Shown piece by piece: positions 1 to 8,948 of a stretch of 36,608 nucleotides of DNA. Location: sequence record SRR31156797_3571; one strand, written 5' to 3'. Under the pieces are notes generated by a model. The model worked only from the letters and a program-made list of their open reading frames with translations, was not told the DNA's origin and did no database searches. A program made the position numbers and the translations under genes. The first letter of the stretch is position 1; every line of letters starts with the position of its first letter.

Positions 1-207
1 CAAAACATTATTAAGAGTACCGAGTTTTAAATCTCAGAATAATTCCAAATAAAGGATAAAACATAGTTGGACAATGCCGCTATGCAAGGGGTATTTAATG
101 GGTTCTTCGGCTATTATTTACTTATCTTCCCGCTTGAAAGTTAAATGTATTCGTGTAATTTTATGAGGATGTGGAGGGATTAGTTTTGTTGGCAGCTTTT
201 CTTCTCT

Positions 208-846
208 TTATAAACTTGGTAAAGCACTTAATCTAAAATAGATTCGATTATTACCAATACCAAGATGACATACAACATCATTTTCCAAAATCCAGGTATG
301 ATGAATTGATTCAATCCCTCTTTCTTTCATTTCTTTATAAAACACATCGTAGTCACTGAACTCAACTTTTTCATTTGATACTATATCATATGGAGAAGAA
401 GCTGTTTCAGTATTCACAAAACTAGAGTATGGTAATTGCTTAAAATTTTCTTTCACCAATTTTGCTAAATGATCTATGCTTTCAGGAAATTCATTCTTAA
501 AAACAGCTTCCCCATTGATTTCAGCCAACAAGGTTTGCGCAGATCCGTCGCTATTTTCCTGGTATTGTCCGGTTAAGCGTACTTTATAATTTCCGCTCAA
601 AGTTTCTATTTCAAATTTTGGTTCAGAAAGTATCGCATCAGAAGGAATATAAAAACGATTATAATCTACCGTGAAGTTCTGGATAGGTTCTCCAATATAA
701 CCTATCAATTCAGTAATATCTATATCCTCATACACCTTTTCTGAATCATCCTTAGAACAACTCATGATTAACAGAAAGAATAGCATTGCATACAATAAAC
801 ACTTAGGTCTATTGGCTAATGGTTGATTTATCTTTGTCGATTTCAT
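208..846 (-). CDS. Hypothetical lipoprotein
   Basis: 212-aa ORF with a hydrophobic stretch and lipobox (LLIMS-C) followed by acidic SKDDSE; no recognisable catalytic motif. Confidence 0.75.
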   Translation of the reverse strand: MKSTKINQPLANRPKCLLYAMLFFLLIMSCSKDDSEKVYEDIDITELIGYIGEPIQNFTVDYNRFYIPSDAILSEPKFEIETLSGNYKVRLTGQYQENSDGSAQTLLAEINGEAVFKNEFPESIDHLAKLVKENFKQLPYSSFVNTETASSPYDIVSNEKVEFSDYDVFYKEMKERGIESIHHTWILENDVVCHLGIGNNRIYFRLSALPSL

Positions 847-981
847 TTATCAATGTTCTATGCATTTTGTAACAATAATTTTCACTAACATAAAAGTGTT
901 TTATCTTTTTATTTGTATTCACAATTATTCTTAATAAAGCGATTATGAATTTCGAACAGAATGTGACTCTTGGTCATTCCA

Positions 982-1983
982 TTATTTTCTTTTGTAGGAG
1001 ATCACTTTTTCTCCATTATAGATATTAGATGTACGAATAATGAGTTCATCCTGGTTTAATTCTTTAATTTTCCAAATACCATTTCTAGAGTCTATCCTAT
1101 CCGGAAAATATATAAAATCATTTGTTGTATTTAGCAACCATTTTCTTCTGCTGGTTCTATAATACTGTCTATATTCCAATGAGTCACTATTTATCTTCAA
1201 AGCATAATCCGATTCAATATCACCAGAAAAATCTCGCGGTTTTAAAGGGCGCGGTGGCTCAGGAAAATCCCCTTGCTTCACTCTATTTCCTATCCACACT
1301 CCTTCAAGTTCGTTAATATTTCTTTTCTTCTTAATTCTCTGAAGTTTAAATTTCTTATTTGTTGTAAAATAAGCCGTCAGATTGATCTCATCCTCAGAGC
1401 TATTATTAATCAAGAATGGAGTTGGAAACATCATGTCTAAAACCAAAAAATCAAACGATTTGTAGGTTTCAGTCCTCCATTTCATAGTTCTATTATTGGA
1501 ATAAGCATTGTTTCCAATATCAAGAAACAGACTGTCGTTTATAAAATCAATTGAATCGGCATATTGAGGACCTGTAAATGAAAACGCCTTGTTTCTAAAA
1601 CTTGGTATTGGCTGTTTATTCACCTGAATCAATCTTTTTAGCACTAGATCTACTTTATAATGATGTGTTAATTGTATTACCAAACTATCTTTTGTAATGG
1701 TTTTCAGAGTAAAACACATCGTATCAATACAAAGTTTATTCCCTTTCAATTTGTAATTAAACTCTTCAATCTTACCATAATCGGGCAAACTTGCATGATT
1801 GAACGATTTTATCCATAATTTATCTTCAGAAAAATCGTACAAAGATCTTATATGTATAGGAGAAATATCCTTTTTAGGATATTCCATTTTATAGGCAAGC
1901 ATCCAAACGCCTTCAAGAGATTTTTCCGATTTAAATGATCCCAAAAGGATGAAACATAAGCATAGATAGTAGATTTTCCTCAT
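982..1983 (-). CDS. Hypothetical secreted protein with repeated lipocalin-like (LEGVW) units
   Basis: ATG at 1983 gives a typical signal peptide (MRKIYYLCLCFILLGS). LEGVW occurs twice, and TAGTTTTG at 2022-2029 supports this start rather than 2043. Confidence 0.7.
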   Translation of the reverse strand: MRKIYYLCLCFILLGSFKSEKSLEGVWMLAYKMEYPKKDISPIHIRSLYDFSEDKLWIKSFNHASLPDYGKIEEFNYKLKGNKLCIDTMCFTLKTITKDSLVIQLTHHYKVDLVLKRLIQVNKQPIPSFRNKAFSFTGPQYADSIDFINDSLFLDIGNNAYSNNRTMKWRTETYKSFDFLVLDMMFPTPFLINNSSEDEINLTAYFTTNKKFKLQRIKKKRNINELEGVWIGNRVKQGDFPEPPRPLKPRDFSGDIESDYALKINSDSLEYRQYYRTSRRKWLLNTTNDFIYFPDRIDSRNGIWKIKELNQDELIIRTSNIYNGEKVISYKRK

Positions 1984-2021
1984 CAATTTAAAATTAAGTA
2001 AATACTTAAGCAATGAATCTA

Positions 2022-2029
2022 CAAAACTA
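2022..2029 (-). promoter_or_regulatory. Bacteroidota -7 promoter element (TAGTTTTG)
   Basis: Matches TAnnTTTG about 40 nt upstream of ATG 1983. Confidence 0.55.
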
Positions 2030-2046
2030 TAAAGGCTTAACAAAAT

Positions 2047-2073
2047 AAAAAAGTCTGAAGTATCAGTTCAGAC
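2047..2073 (-). terminator. Intrinsic terminator after DUF2200 gene
   Basis: GTCTGAA-N7-TTCAGAC stem followed by a U-run on the minus strand. Confidence 0.7.
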
Positions 2074-2087
2074 ATTATCTTTATTTT

Positions 2088-2453
2088 CTAACGCAAAATT
2101 TTCTCCATTTTACGACCTTTTGCCAATTCATCAATCAGCTTTTCAAAACGTCTGCATTGTTTATATACTTCGAATTCATCTTCTATTTCTTCAATTCGAT
2201 AACCACAAACCACCCCTTTAATCATGTGTGCATTGGGATGGATTTTTGCCTTCTCAAAAAACGTTCTAAAGCTTACTTTCTCATCGATAAGTGATTGTAT
2301 TTTTTTTTCATCAAAACCAGTAAACCATTCTATTACCTGGTGGAACTCTTCTTTTGTCCTACCATTTTTTTCCAATCTATTCCAGTAAAGGGGGTAAATA
2401 GATGCAAAGATCATATTCGCAACTTGTTCATTTTTTTCAGCTGTAACCTTCAT
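2088..2453 (-). CDS. DUF2200 family protein
   Basis: Family motifs MIFASIYPLY..EKNGRTKEE, IEWFTG, IKGVVCGYRIEEIED and KLIDELAKG..MEKILR. Confidence 0.9.
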   Translation of the reverse strand: MKVTAEKNEQVANMIFASIYPLYWNRLEKNGRTKEEFHQVIEWFTGFDEKKIQSLIDEKVSFRTFFEKAKIHPNAHMIKGVVCGYRIEEIEDEFEVYKQCRRFEKLIDELAKGRKMEKILR

Positions 2454-2506
2454 ATTATTCTTGATTTAAAATTGGAGCTAGCTATGTTATAACAAGTTTG
2501 AAAATA

Positions 2507-2514
2507 CAAAACTA
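2507..2514 (-). promoter_or_regulatory. -7 promoter element (TAGTTTTG) for DUF2200 gene
   Basis: TAnnTTTG match about 55 nt upstream of the start. Confidence 0.5.
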
Positions 2515-2846
2515 TAATGATTTAATGGTTCTATATGAAATATATTGGGTAAGCAAATTGATTATTCTATGAAAAACAATTATCCTATGATTCTTTCGTT
2601 TACTATTTCTTTGCTCAAGCCGCATGGCTTTTACTTTCTCTATTGATGAGAAAGTAAACAAAGAATCTAGGGCGTGTAAGCTCAAACTACTTCTACTTGA
2701 AAACATTAAGTTCGGCGGATAAGCAGCTTGCCCTTCCAATGCCCATCAAGCTAACTCAAAGTATTTTTCAACATATAAACGACATAAATTGATGAACTAC
2801 CTACTTTAAATCATACAGAGCCAATTTAATAAAATACTATAAAATG

Positions 2847-2876
2847 AAAAAACCTGAATCAGCGACTCAGGCTTTT
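2847..2876 (-). terminator. Intrinsic terminator after YeiH-family gene
   Basis: CCUGAGUC-GCU-GAUUCAGG hairpin followed by UUUUUU. Confidence 0.75.
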
Positions 2877-2909
2877 CCTTTTTAAATTTCATGAATGGTA
2901 AATTCCAAT

Positions 2910-3839
2910 TTAAAAATTACTGGTTAGTGCAAGAAAAGAACTTATCGCAATCAGAAACCAAAGTAATACTCCTAAAACAAAGCTTTTGAAACCAGCTTGT
3001 TTTGCTTCGGAAAAAGAGATGTTTGAACCTATTAGAAAAAGAGCGATGACCATTCCTCGTTTGCCCAGCCAATTCAAGTGTTCGTAACTAAGGGCATTTG
3101 ATGGAAACAAATAGGCTGTAAGAATACTGGCTACAAAAAGTCCTATAAACCAGGGAATTTTAATTTTTCCGTTTGCTTTGTCTTTTTGAGTAAATGCAAT
3201 AACCAGCGATAAGGGGATAATCCATAAGGCACGTATTAATTTTACCGTGGTTGCAACCTCTAGAGCTTTAACACCATAAGTTGCTCCTGCCCCAACTACC
3301 GAGCTGGTATCGTGAATGGCAATTGCAGCCCAGGTTCCAAATGTTTCCTGACTCATATTAAAGTAATGACCTAAAATGGGAAAAATGAGTAAGGCAATGG
3401 CATTCAAAATAAAGATGACCACCAAAGAGAAAGATACCTGATAGTTCTTCGCATGTAGTACAGGAGCAACAGCAGCAATGGCACTCCCACCGCAAATGGC
3501 TGTCCCTGCCGATATCAATAGTCCTATTTTAGATTCAATTTTCAGAAGCCTGGTGATTAATAGTCCCACACACATTACGAATACCACAGATATTGCCGTA
3601 TCGATAAAGCCAGTTTTGGAGGCAGAAATCACCTGGGTTAAATTCATTCCAAAGCCCATTAGTACAATGGATGCTTGCAGTGAAAAGGAGGTGTATTTTG
3701 CTATATTATCATGTTTCAGTCCCATTAATGATAAGACAATACCTAAGCCCAACGCAAGCGATGGCGAAATGAAAGGCATAAAACACAGAAATAGTATTAC
3801 CCCGTAGATCGTTTTGATTTGTTTTTGATTTAAAGTCAT
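2910..3839 (-). CDS. yeiH: YeiH / putative sulfate exporter family membrane protein
   Basis: Multi-TM protein with GTAICGGSAIAAVAP, AIHDTSSVVGAG and ATTVKLIRALWI signatures; adjacent to a LysR gene as in yeiE-yeiH. Confidence 0.9.
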   Translation of the reverse strand: MTLNQKQIKTIYGVILFLCFMPFISPSLALGLGIVLSLMGLKHDNIAKYTSFSLQASIVLMGFGMNLTQVISASKTGFIDTAISVVFVMCVGLLITRLLKIESKIGLLISAGTAICGGSAIAAVAPVLHAKNYQVSFSLVVIFILNAIALLIFPILGHYFNMSQETFGTWAAIAIHDTSSVVGAGATYGVKALEVATTVKLIRALWIIPLSLVIAFTQKDKANGKIKIPWFIGLFVASILTAYLFPSNALSYEHLNWLGKRGMVIALFLIGSNISFSEAKQAGFKSFVLGVLLWFLIAISSFLALTSNF

Positions 3840-3861
3840 ATTTTAGTCCATTTGTTCGAAA

Positions 3862-3869
3862 CAAAAATA
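3862..3869 (-). promoter_or_regulatory. -7 promoter element (TATTTTTG) for yeiH
   Basis: TAnnTTTG match about 25 nt upstream of ATG 3839. Confidence 0.6.
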
Positions 3870-3892
3870 TGTTTAAGTTATAGCTATATCAA

Positions 3893-3927
3893 ATACAATA
3901 TAATTATCACCAATAACTAAAAGTTAT
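3893..3927. promoter_or_regulatory. Pair of LysR-type T-N11-A boxes upstream of yeiH
   Basis: ATAAC-N5-GTTAT (3913-3927, perfect dyad) and ATA-N9-TAT (3893-3907), 20 bp apart, just upstream of the yeiH promoter. Confidence 0.65.
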
Positions 3928-4804
3928 AATGAGAGAGAAAATCCATAAATAATTCGGTGATTGAAGTGTGGTGTCCTTGTCGCAGGGCAATTCGGAATTT
4001 TCGATTCATAGAGGTATTCTTAATCCCTATTTTAACGATTTCTTTTAATCGCAATTCCTTTTCGATAGATTTCTCAGAAACAAGTGCAATTCCATCGAAA
4101 TCAGCCAGAAAGTTTTTAATTGCCTCGGTACTTCCCAGGTGCATAACTATATTGAGCTGATCTATGCTAATGTTGTTCTTTAGCAAACTGTGCTGAATTA
4201 CCTGAAGTGTACCTGAACCTTTTTCTCTGAGTACAACGGGCAATTCCTGCAGATCGGCTAAGGAAATCAATTTTCGTTTGGAACATACGCTATTGCTTCC
4301 GCTTACTGCAATAATTTCATCGTCAAGAAAATCTTTATACTGAATATCGGATTGAGAACTGTCATTTTCGACTAAGGCAATGTCTATTTCATTTCCCAGG
4401 AGTTTTTGCTCCATATCAAAAGAGTTGCCGTTTAGCAAATAGACCTCAATTTTAGGATAACGCTTGTAAAAGGCTGCGATAACCTTAGGAATCAAATATT
4501 GTGAAATGGTTGAGCTGGCACCAATTCGAAGTGTTCCTTTGAAAGAATCATTCAATCTTTCAATATTAAATTCCAATTCTCTATACTGTTGCCGAATCTC
4601 GTTTAAGTGATTGTAGGTAAGATTTCCAGCTTCTGTCAGGTAGATTTTATTGCCTTTACGCTCGAACAAAGCAATGTTTAATCTGGTTTCTAACTCTTTA
4701 ATGTGCTTGGTAACTGCTGGCTGACTGATAAATAATTCTTCTGCAGCTTTTGAAAAGCTTAAATTTTCTGCAACCGCTAAAAAAACCTTATCTCTGTAAT
4801 CCAT
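3917..4804 (-). CDS. LysR family transcriptional regulator (YeiE/CysL-like)
   Basis: N-terminal HTH (SFSKAAEELFISQPAVTKHIKELE..LFERKG); substrate-binding domain motifs LRIGASSTI and LREKGSGT. Confidence 0.95.
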   Translation of the reverse strand: MDYRDKVFLAVAENLSFSKAAEELFISQPAVTKHIKELETRLNIALFERKGNKIYLTEAGNLTYNHLNEIRQQYRELEFNIERLNDSFKGTLRIGASSTISQYLIPKVIAAFYKRYPKIEVYLLNGNSFDMEQKLLGNEIDIALVENDSSQSDIQYKDFLDDEIIAVSGSNSVCSKRKLISLADLQELPVVLREKGSGTLQVIQHSLLKNNISIDQLNIVMHLGSTEAIKNFLADFDGIALVSEKSIEKELRLKEIVKIGIKNTSMNRKFRIALRQGHHTSITELFMDFLSHYNF

Positions 4805-4982
4805 ATTCTTGGTCCTGTTAATCTTTCCTATGTTTGCTAGGCAAAATAAGCCTAAGCCTTATGGGATAAAATTAACAAAACAATTCCCAAATGAAAAAAC
4901 AGTACTTAGACCTTAATTATACAATTTGACAGATTGACAAATACCTAATTCCACTTACTTAAACAATCTTAATATATATGAA

Positions 4983-5441
4983 TTATTCCAAACCAGAATC
5001 AATCACTTGCTTTACCTCTTTGCTCTTCAGCTCATGATATTGTTTCTTATCAATTAGCTGCTTTAAAGTAAAAAATACTGCAATAATTAAGGGAAAACAA
5101 TTTAAACCTAATTGATATAGCTGATCACCCAATTCATTATTCTTCGTCCATTTCTGGCTAATGAAAAATACTGTAACAAAGATACAAGTAAACCCTACAA
5201 ACAGTAAATACAAATAGGTTCTGCGGAATCTTTTTTTGGATGCAAACAGTTTTTCTTCCTTTGGGGAAATCTGCGTTACATCACCCATACTGCTAAAGGC
5301 GAATGCAATTCCCATACATAAAACTCCAAAACCAACATCGTTAAGATTAGGTTCAAAATAAGATCCCCAAAAGATGTAGTAAATAGCCAGTATACTAAAA
5401 GGATACTGCACATATTGCATGTAGTGAAATAGTCTAATCAT
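4983..5441 (-). CDS. Hypothetical membrane protein (about 4 TM)
   Basis: 152-aa ORF with four hydrophobic segments; TAATTTTG promoter box at 5493-5500. Confidence 0.7.
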   Translation of the reverse strand: MIRLFHYMQYVQYPFSILAIYYIFWGSYFEPNLNDVGFGVLCMGIAFAFSSMGDVTQISPKEEKLFASKKRFRRTYLYLLFVGFTCIFVTVFFISQKWTKNNELGDQLYQLGLNCFPLIIAVFFTLKQLIDKKQYHELKSKEVKQVIDSGLE

Positions 5442-5560
5442 TTGTAAAAGCTTATATTATTGTTTTTCAGATATCAAGATAAATCTACAAAACAAAATTA
5501 GCTTAACAAAACATTTAGATTCCAAAACAGTCATAAGCACTCTTAACAATTGGTAATAAT

Positions 5561-5597
5561 AAAAAAGCTGCTCTTTACCAGAAAGACCAGCTTTTTT
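5561..5597. terminator. Intrinsic terminator after Ig-domain lipoprotein gene
   Basis: AAAAAAGCTG..CAGCTTTTTT inverted repeat with inner TCTTT/AAAGA pairing. Confidence 0.75.
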
Positions 5598-5635
5598 ATT
5601 TTAAGAGAAAATTTAGATCAAAATCTAATATTTCT

Positions 5636-7168
5636 TTAATCTTCTAAAGTCATTTTCACTTGATAGAAAACACAATCTATAGTATAACCAATTACCAATG
5701 TATTTACTTTTTTATTGCCATTTTCCCCATTAATTGACCACACATTCTGATTGTCAGGAACAATACTAGTATCGTTGTAATTAAAAGTATGATCTTCACC
5801 CGTATTTTCATCCTGGATGTACTCAATATTGGTATTACTAATTCTATCTTTTAAAGGTTCAACATCGGTAATGGTAACCAATTCTCCACCTCGATAATAC
5901 TGCCATTTAACTTCGATATCGGTAATAACACCTGTTGCATCAGAATTAATTTTTATTGCTGGTACAGGAACAGAAATCTTATCATCTTCCAAAGGCAAAA
6001 TAGAATTCAAACTGTAAGATGCCAATTCAGAACCCGAAGTTGTTTGCATAGACCATTCTCCAGAAGGAATATCACCTTGAAGTAGATCTTCAGAAGTCTC
6101 ACCACCAATAAAACCCATGAATTTGATTTCTGAATCAGGATCGAATGCCTCACCAGAAATAGGTGTTTCAGCGTTAAATGTTTCTCCATTACCTCTTGCA
6201 ACTTCCGCAGGTGGATACAAGTTCATCTTATTTTCCAATTCTTTTCCCCATGCATAAATCTGATAACCAGCATAATTTAATTTATCAGCATCGATTAATG
6301 CATCAAAAACCAAATCTGAAGAAAATACAAAACCAGGGCTTGCAAAGTTCTTAAAACCTGTATTTGTAAAGTTCATATAGGTTCTGATATGATCATCCAA
6401 TCTTGAAATTTTCTGAATCAATTCTGTTTTTCCTTCAACAACACTTAAGTCTGCAATTGTTTTTTCTGCTATCAACAAACCATTGTCTGACGAAGATGGA
6501 ACGTTACCCAATTCAATAATGCCACTTAGATAACCTGAATTAATAGTTTCCCAGTATTCTTCGTCTCCTGCATCGATACCAACCAAACCTTGAACTTTGT
6601 TATTTTCCATTAGAAAGACGATAAACTCTTTGCCTTCCTCAATATCTAATGTAAAAGCACCGTCTCCAGCAACTTCAATTTCTGTGGTAATCATACCATC
6701 AGCAAAGTTATCCTCTGTAAATTTTTCGGTATATACTACCAGAAGTTTTCTTGCTGATTCCGATGAAGATTTACTTCCTACCTCAGTTATTTGTCCTTTA
6801 AAACGTACTTTCCCCTCAGGTGCTACTTCTTTAGCTTGAACAGTAATTTCGCAAGTTTTAGAAACTTCGCCATCTCCTGATTCAGCTGTAATAATAGTAG
6901 TTCCCTCTTTTATTGCTGTAAGTAAACCTGTAGTGTTAATTGTAGCTACTTCCTTATTGGAACTTGACCATGCAATTGTTTTGTCGAATGCATTTTCTGG
7001 TAAAACAGTAACATTTAACTGTTGAGTTGCACCTTCTGTCAATACCAAATTTGTTTCTTCAAATTCAATAGAACTTACTTTAACTGTAGCTTCTTCATTA
7101 TCGTCATCACATGATACTAAAGTAAAAGCACATAATAGGCATACAGCCCAATAGAGTTTTTTGCACAT
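5636..7168 (-). CDS. Lipoprotein with N-terminal bacterial Ig-like (Big_2) domain and unknown C-terminal region
   Basis: Lipobox LVS-C then DDDNEE; Big_2 motif VTVLPENAFDKTIAWSSSNKEVATI..GLLTAIKEGTTIITA. ATG 7168 is preferred because a -7 box overlaps the longer start. Confidence 0.8.
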   Translation of the reverse strand: MCKKLYWAVCLLCAFTLVSCDDDNEEATVKVSSIEFEETNLVLTEGATQQLNVTVLPENAFDKTIAWSSSNKEVATINTTGLLTAIKEGTTIITAESGDGEVSKTCEITVQAKEVAPEGKVRFKGQITEVGSKSSSESARKLLVVYTEKFTEDNFADGMITTEIEVAGDGAFTLDIEEGKEFIVFLMENNKVQGLVGIDAGDEEYWETINSGYLSGIIELGNVPSSSDNGLLIAEKTIADLSVVEGKTELIQKISRLDDHIRTYMNFTNTGFKNFASPGFVFSSDLVFDALIDADKLNYAGYQIYAWGKELENKMNLYPPAEVARGNGETFNAETPISGEAFDPDSEIKFMGFIGGETSEDLLQGDIPSGEWSMQTTSGSELASYSLNSILPLEDDKISVPVPAIKINSDATGVITDIEVKWQYYRGGELVTITDVEPLKDRISNTNIEYIQDENTGEDHTFNYNDTSIVPDNQNVWSINGENGNKKVNTLVIGYTIDCVFYQVKMTLED

Positions 7169-7195
7169 AAAATAGATATTTTTGATTATTTCATG

Positions 7196-7203
7196 CAAAA
7201 ATA
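7196..7203 (-). promoter_or_regulatory. -7 promoter element (TATTTTTG)
   Basis: TAnnTTTG match about 30 nt upstream of ATG 7168. Confidence 0.55.
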
Positions 7204-7600
7204 TAAAATATTATTTTGTCAAACTCAACTGTATAGTAACAACTTCTACCTTACAAATAACACCCTTTTTCCTTAATTTCACACTAAACTATATTCCAGC
7301 TACTTATCTTGAATAAAGATGTCATTCCTTTAAAAATAAATTTATTCTATCAAAGCTAAACCAATAATCAAACCCTGTGTTTTGATAAATATATCTCACT
7401 ATTCAATAGTTAACATTGTATTTTCTGGTAGAAAGAGATTCTTACTATTTTCTTTTTATATTCTACAAATTTAAATTTCCAATCGTAAAACACTATCAAT
7501 AAGATCATTTCTCGCCACAGTATATTCCACCTCTAATATTATCAATAAGCAATAAATATTTAATTTGGAAATAACTTCCATCTTACTATTGAAAAGCAAT

Positions 7601-8137
7601 TTACTTTCTGATCCATTGCCAAAGCAAACTGGCGCCAATTGCAATTCCTGCTGCCAAACCATTAAATAGAAAATCTGCAAGATCAAACACTCTGTTGGGG
7701 ATCAATATCTGAACACATTCATCGAACACGCCAATTGTAAAAGAGACCAATAATGACAGTAAAGCGATTTGAATTCCTTTATACTTTTCTTGATATCGAA
7801 CAATTAATGCTCTATGAATAAAAACTGTGAGTACTGAATACTCTATAAGGTGGGTACGCTCTGCCAGTCCTAAACGAAGAAAAAGCATGAGAAAAACCGC
7901 AACAATTCCCAAAGTGGTAACTGTATCGCTTTTACTTTTCTTCCTTCTAAAGGCATGTAGAATTACAGTAATGCCAATCATACTCATGCAAATAATAAAA
8001 ATAAGTGCCTGCATGTTTTGGTTTCCCAATATCTTCAACAATGGATACCCTAAAAACAGACTCGATACTATGGCAATCCAAACCAGCAAAACGTATAGCC
8101 ACAATCGCTTTTCTTGTGAAGTTTTAAATAAAGGCAT
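7601..8137 (-). CDS. VanZ family membrane protein
   Basis: ERTHLIEYSVL and GVFDECVQILIPNRVFDLADFLFN are VanZ-like motifs; multi-TM. Confidence 0.85.
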   Translation of the reverse strand: MPLFKTSQEKRLWLYVLLVWIAIVSSLFLGYPLLKILGNQNMQALIFIICMSMIGITVILHAFRRKKSKSDTVTTLGIVAVFLMLFLRLGLAERTHLIEYSVLTVFIHRALIVRYQEKYKGIQIALLSLLVSFTIGVFDECVQILIPNRVFDLADFLFNGLAAGIAIGASLLWQWIRK

Positions 8138-8226
8138 GATTTTATTTTTGAGCTCTCTTAAGATACCACCCTATTGCCTATATGTCAAATCAGTAGTGGG
8201 AAAAAGCGGATTATTATAGATTTATA

Positions 8227-8403
8227 TTACGATTTGGCAAACTTATTTTCTATTTGATCCAAGCATTTTTTTCGTTTTTCATTGGAGGTTTGCTTTACCA
8301 TATTCAAACTTATCCATTTTCTGTTTTTATATCCCATTTTCCAAAACGTACCTAACATCAAGGCTTTCTTAATCGCGTTTCCAAAAATAACACGATAGAA
8401 CAA
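8227..8403 (-). pseudogene. C-terminal remnant (58 aa) of a flavodoxin-fold NAD(P)H-dependent oxidoreductase
   Basis: Hand translation gives LFYRVIFGNAIKKALMLGTFWKMGYKNRKWISLNMVKQTSNEKRKKCLDQIENKFAKS*, which resembles the C-terminus of Flavodoxin_2 enzymes. The N-terminal FMN-binding part is absent. Not in the ORF track. Confidence 0.7.
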
Positions 8404-8934
8404 TCATTTTCGATTCCTTATTCTACTTAAGGATACCGATGTAATTCCGAGATAGGAAGCAATATAGTGTTGAGGAATTCGATTGAAGATATCAGGATTA
8501 TTCGCGAGCAACTGCTCATATCTTTCCTGTGGCTTCTCCTTAATTCGTGATAAGAACAATTTTTGATAGGTAATTAATCGCTGAAAGATATGTTGATTAA
8601 CCAATTCCTTTGTTTCGTTAGAACCATTTACCACTCTCTGAAAATCTTTTTTACTAACCACTAAAATTGTACTGGCTTCAATTGATTCAAGGCTAAACAT
8701 ACTTGCTTGATCTGCCCAGAAACTTTCTATTGAAGAAACAGCATCTCCCTCAAAGAAAAACTGGAAGGTAACATCCTTACCATCATTATTAAAGCACAAA
8801 CGCAAACACCCATTTTTTATAAGGTAGATCTTATTTGACACCTCTCCTTCCCTTAATAAAGTGTGTTTAGCAGGCAGCTCTTGTTCAGTTGCCACCTCCT
8901 TTAAGCGATCCCATATCTTTGAATTGATCCTCAT
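8404..8934 (-). CDS. Crp/Fnr family transcriptional regulator (cNMP-binding domain)
   Basis: LLREGEVSNKIYLIKNGCLR cNMP fold; C-terminal PQERYEQLL..IPQHYIASYLGITSVSLSRIR is typical of Bacteroidota Crp-like proteins. Confidence 0.92.
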   Translation of the reverse strand: MRINSKIWDRLKEVATEQELPAKHTLLREGEVSNKIYLIKNGCLRLCFNNDGKDVTFQFFFEGDAVSSIESFWADQASMFSLESIEASTILVVSKKDFQRVVNGSNETKELVNQHIFQRLITYQKLFLSRIKEKPQERYEQLLANNPDIFNRIPQHYIASYLGITSVSLSRIRNRK

Positions 8935-8948
8935 CAAAAAAATGTTTT

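Noticed and set aside
61..120. Plus-strand LDNAAMQGVFNGFFG resembles the IS3 transposase DNAAME.FF motif, and minus-strand GGCATTGTCCAAC resembles an IS end
   Set aside because: The catalytic Glu is absent, an in-frame stop precedes it, and there is no partner inverted repeat or transposase in the window.
180..2500. Integron-cassette-like core sites (GCCAAC after the first ORF, GTTAGTG before it, GCTAGCTCC before DUF2200)
   Set aside because: There is no complete attC-like symmetric structure, no repeated element between the genes and no integrase. The downstream genes have their own promoter boxes.
2512..2739. 75-aa minus-strand ORF
   Set aside because: TTG start, no motif, atypical composition, and it follows a terminator; probably spurious.
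7471..7686. 71-aa ORF overlapping the VanZ 3' end
   Set aside because: Alternative-frame overlap with no recognisable features.
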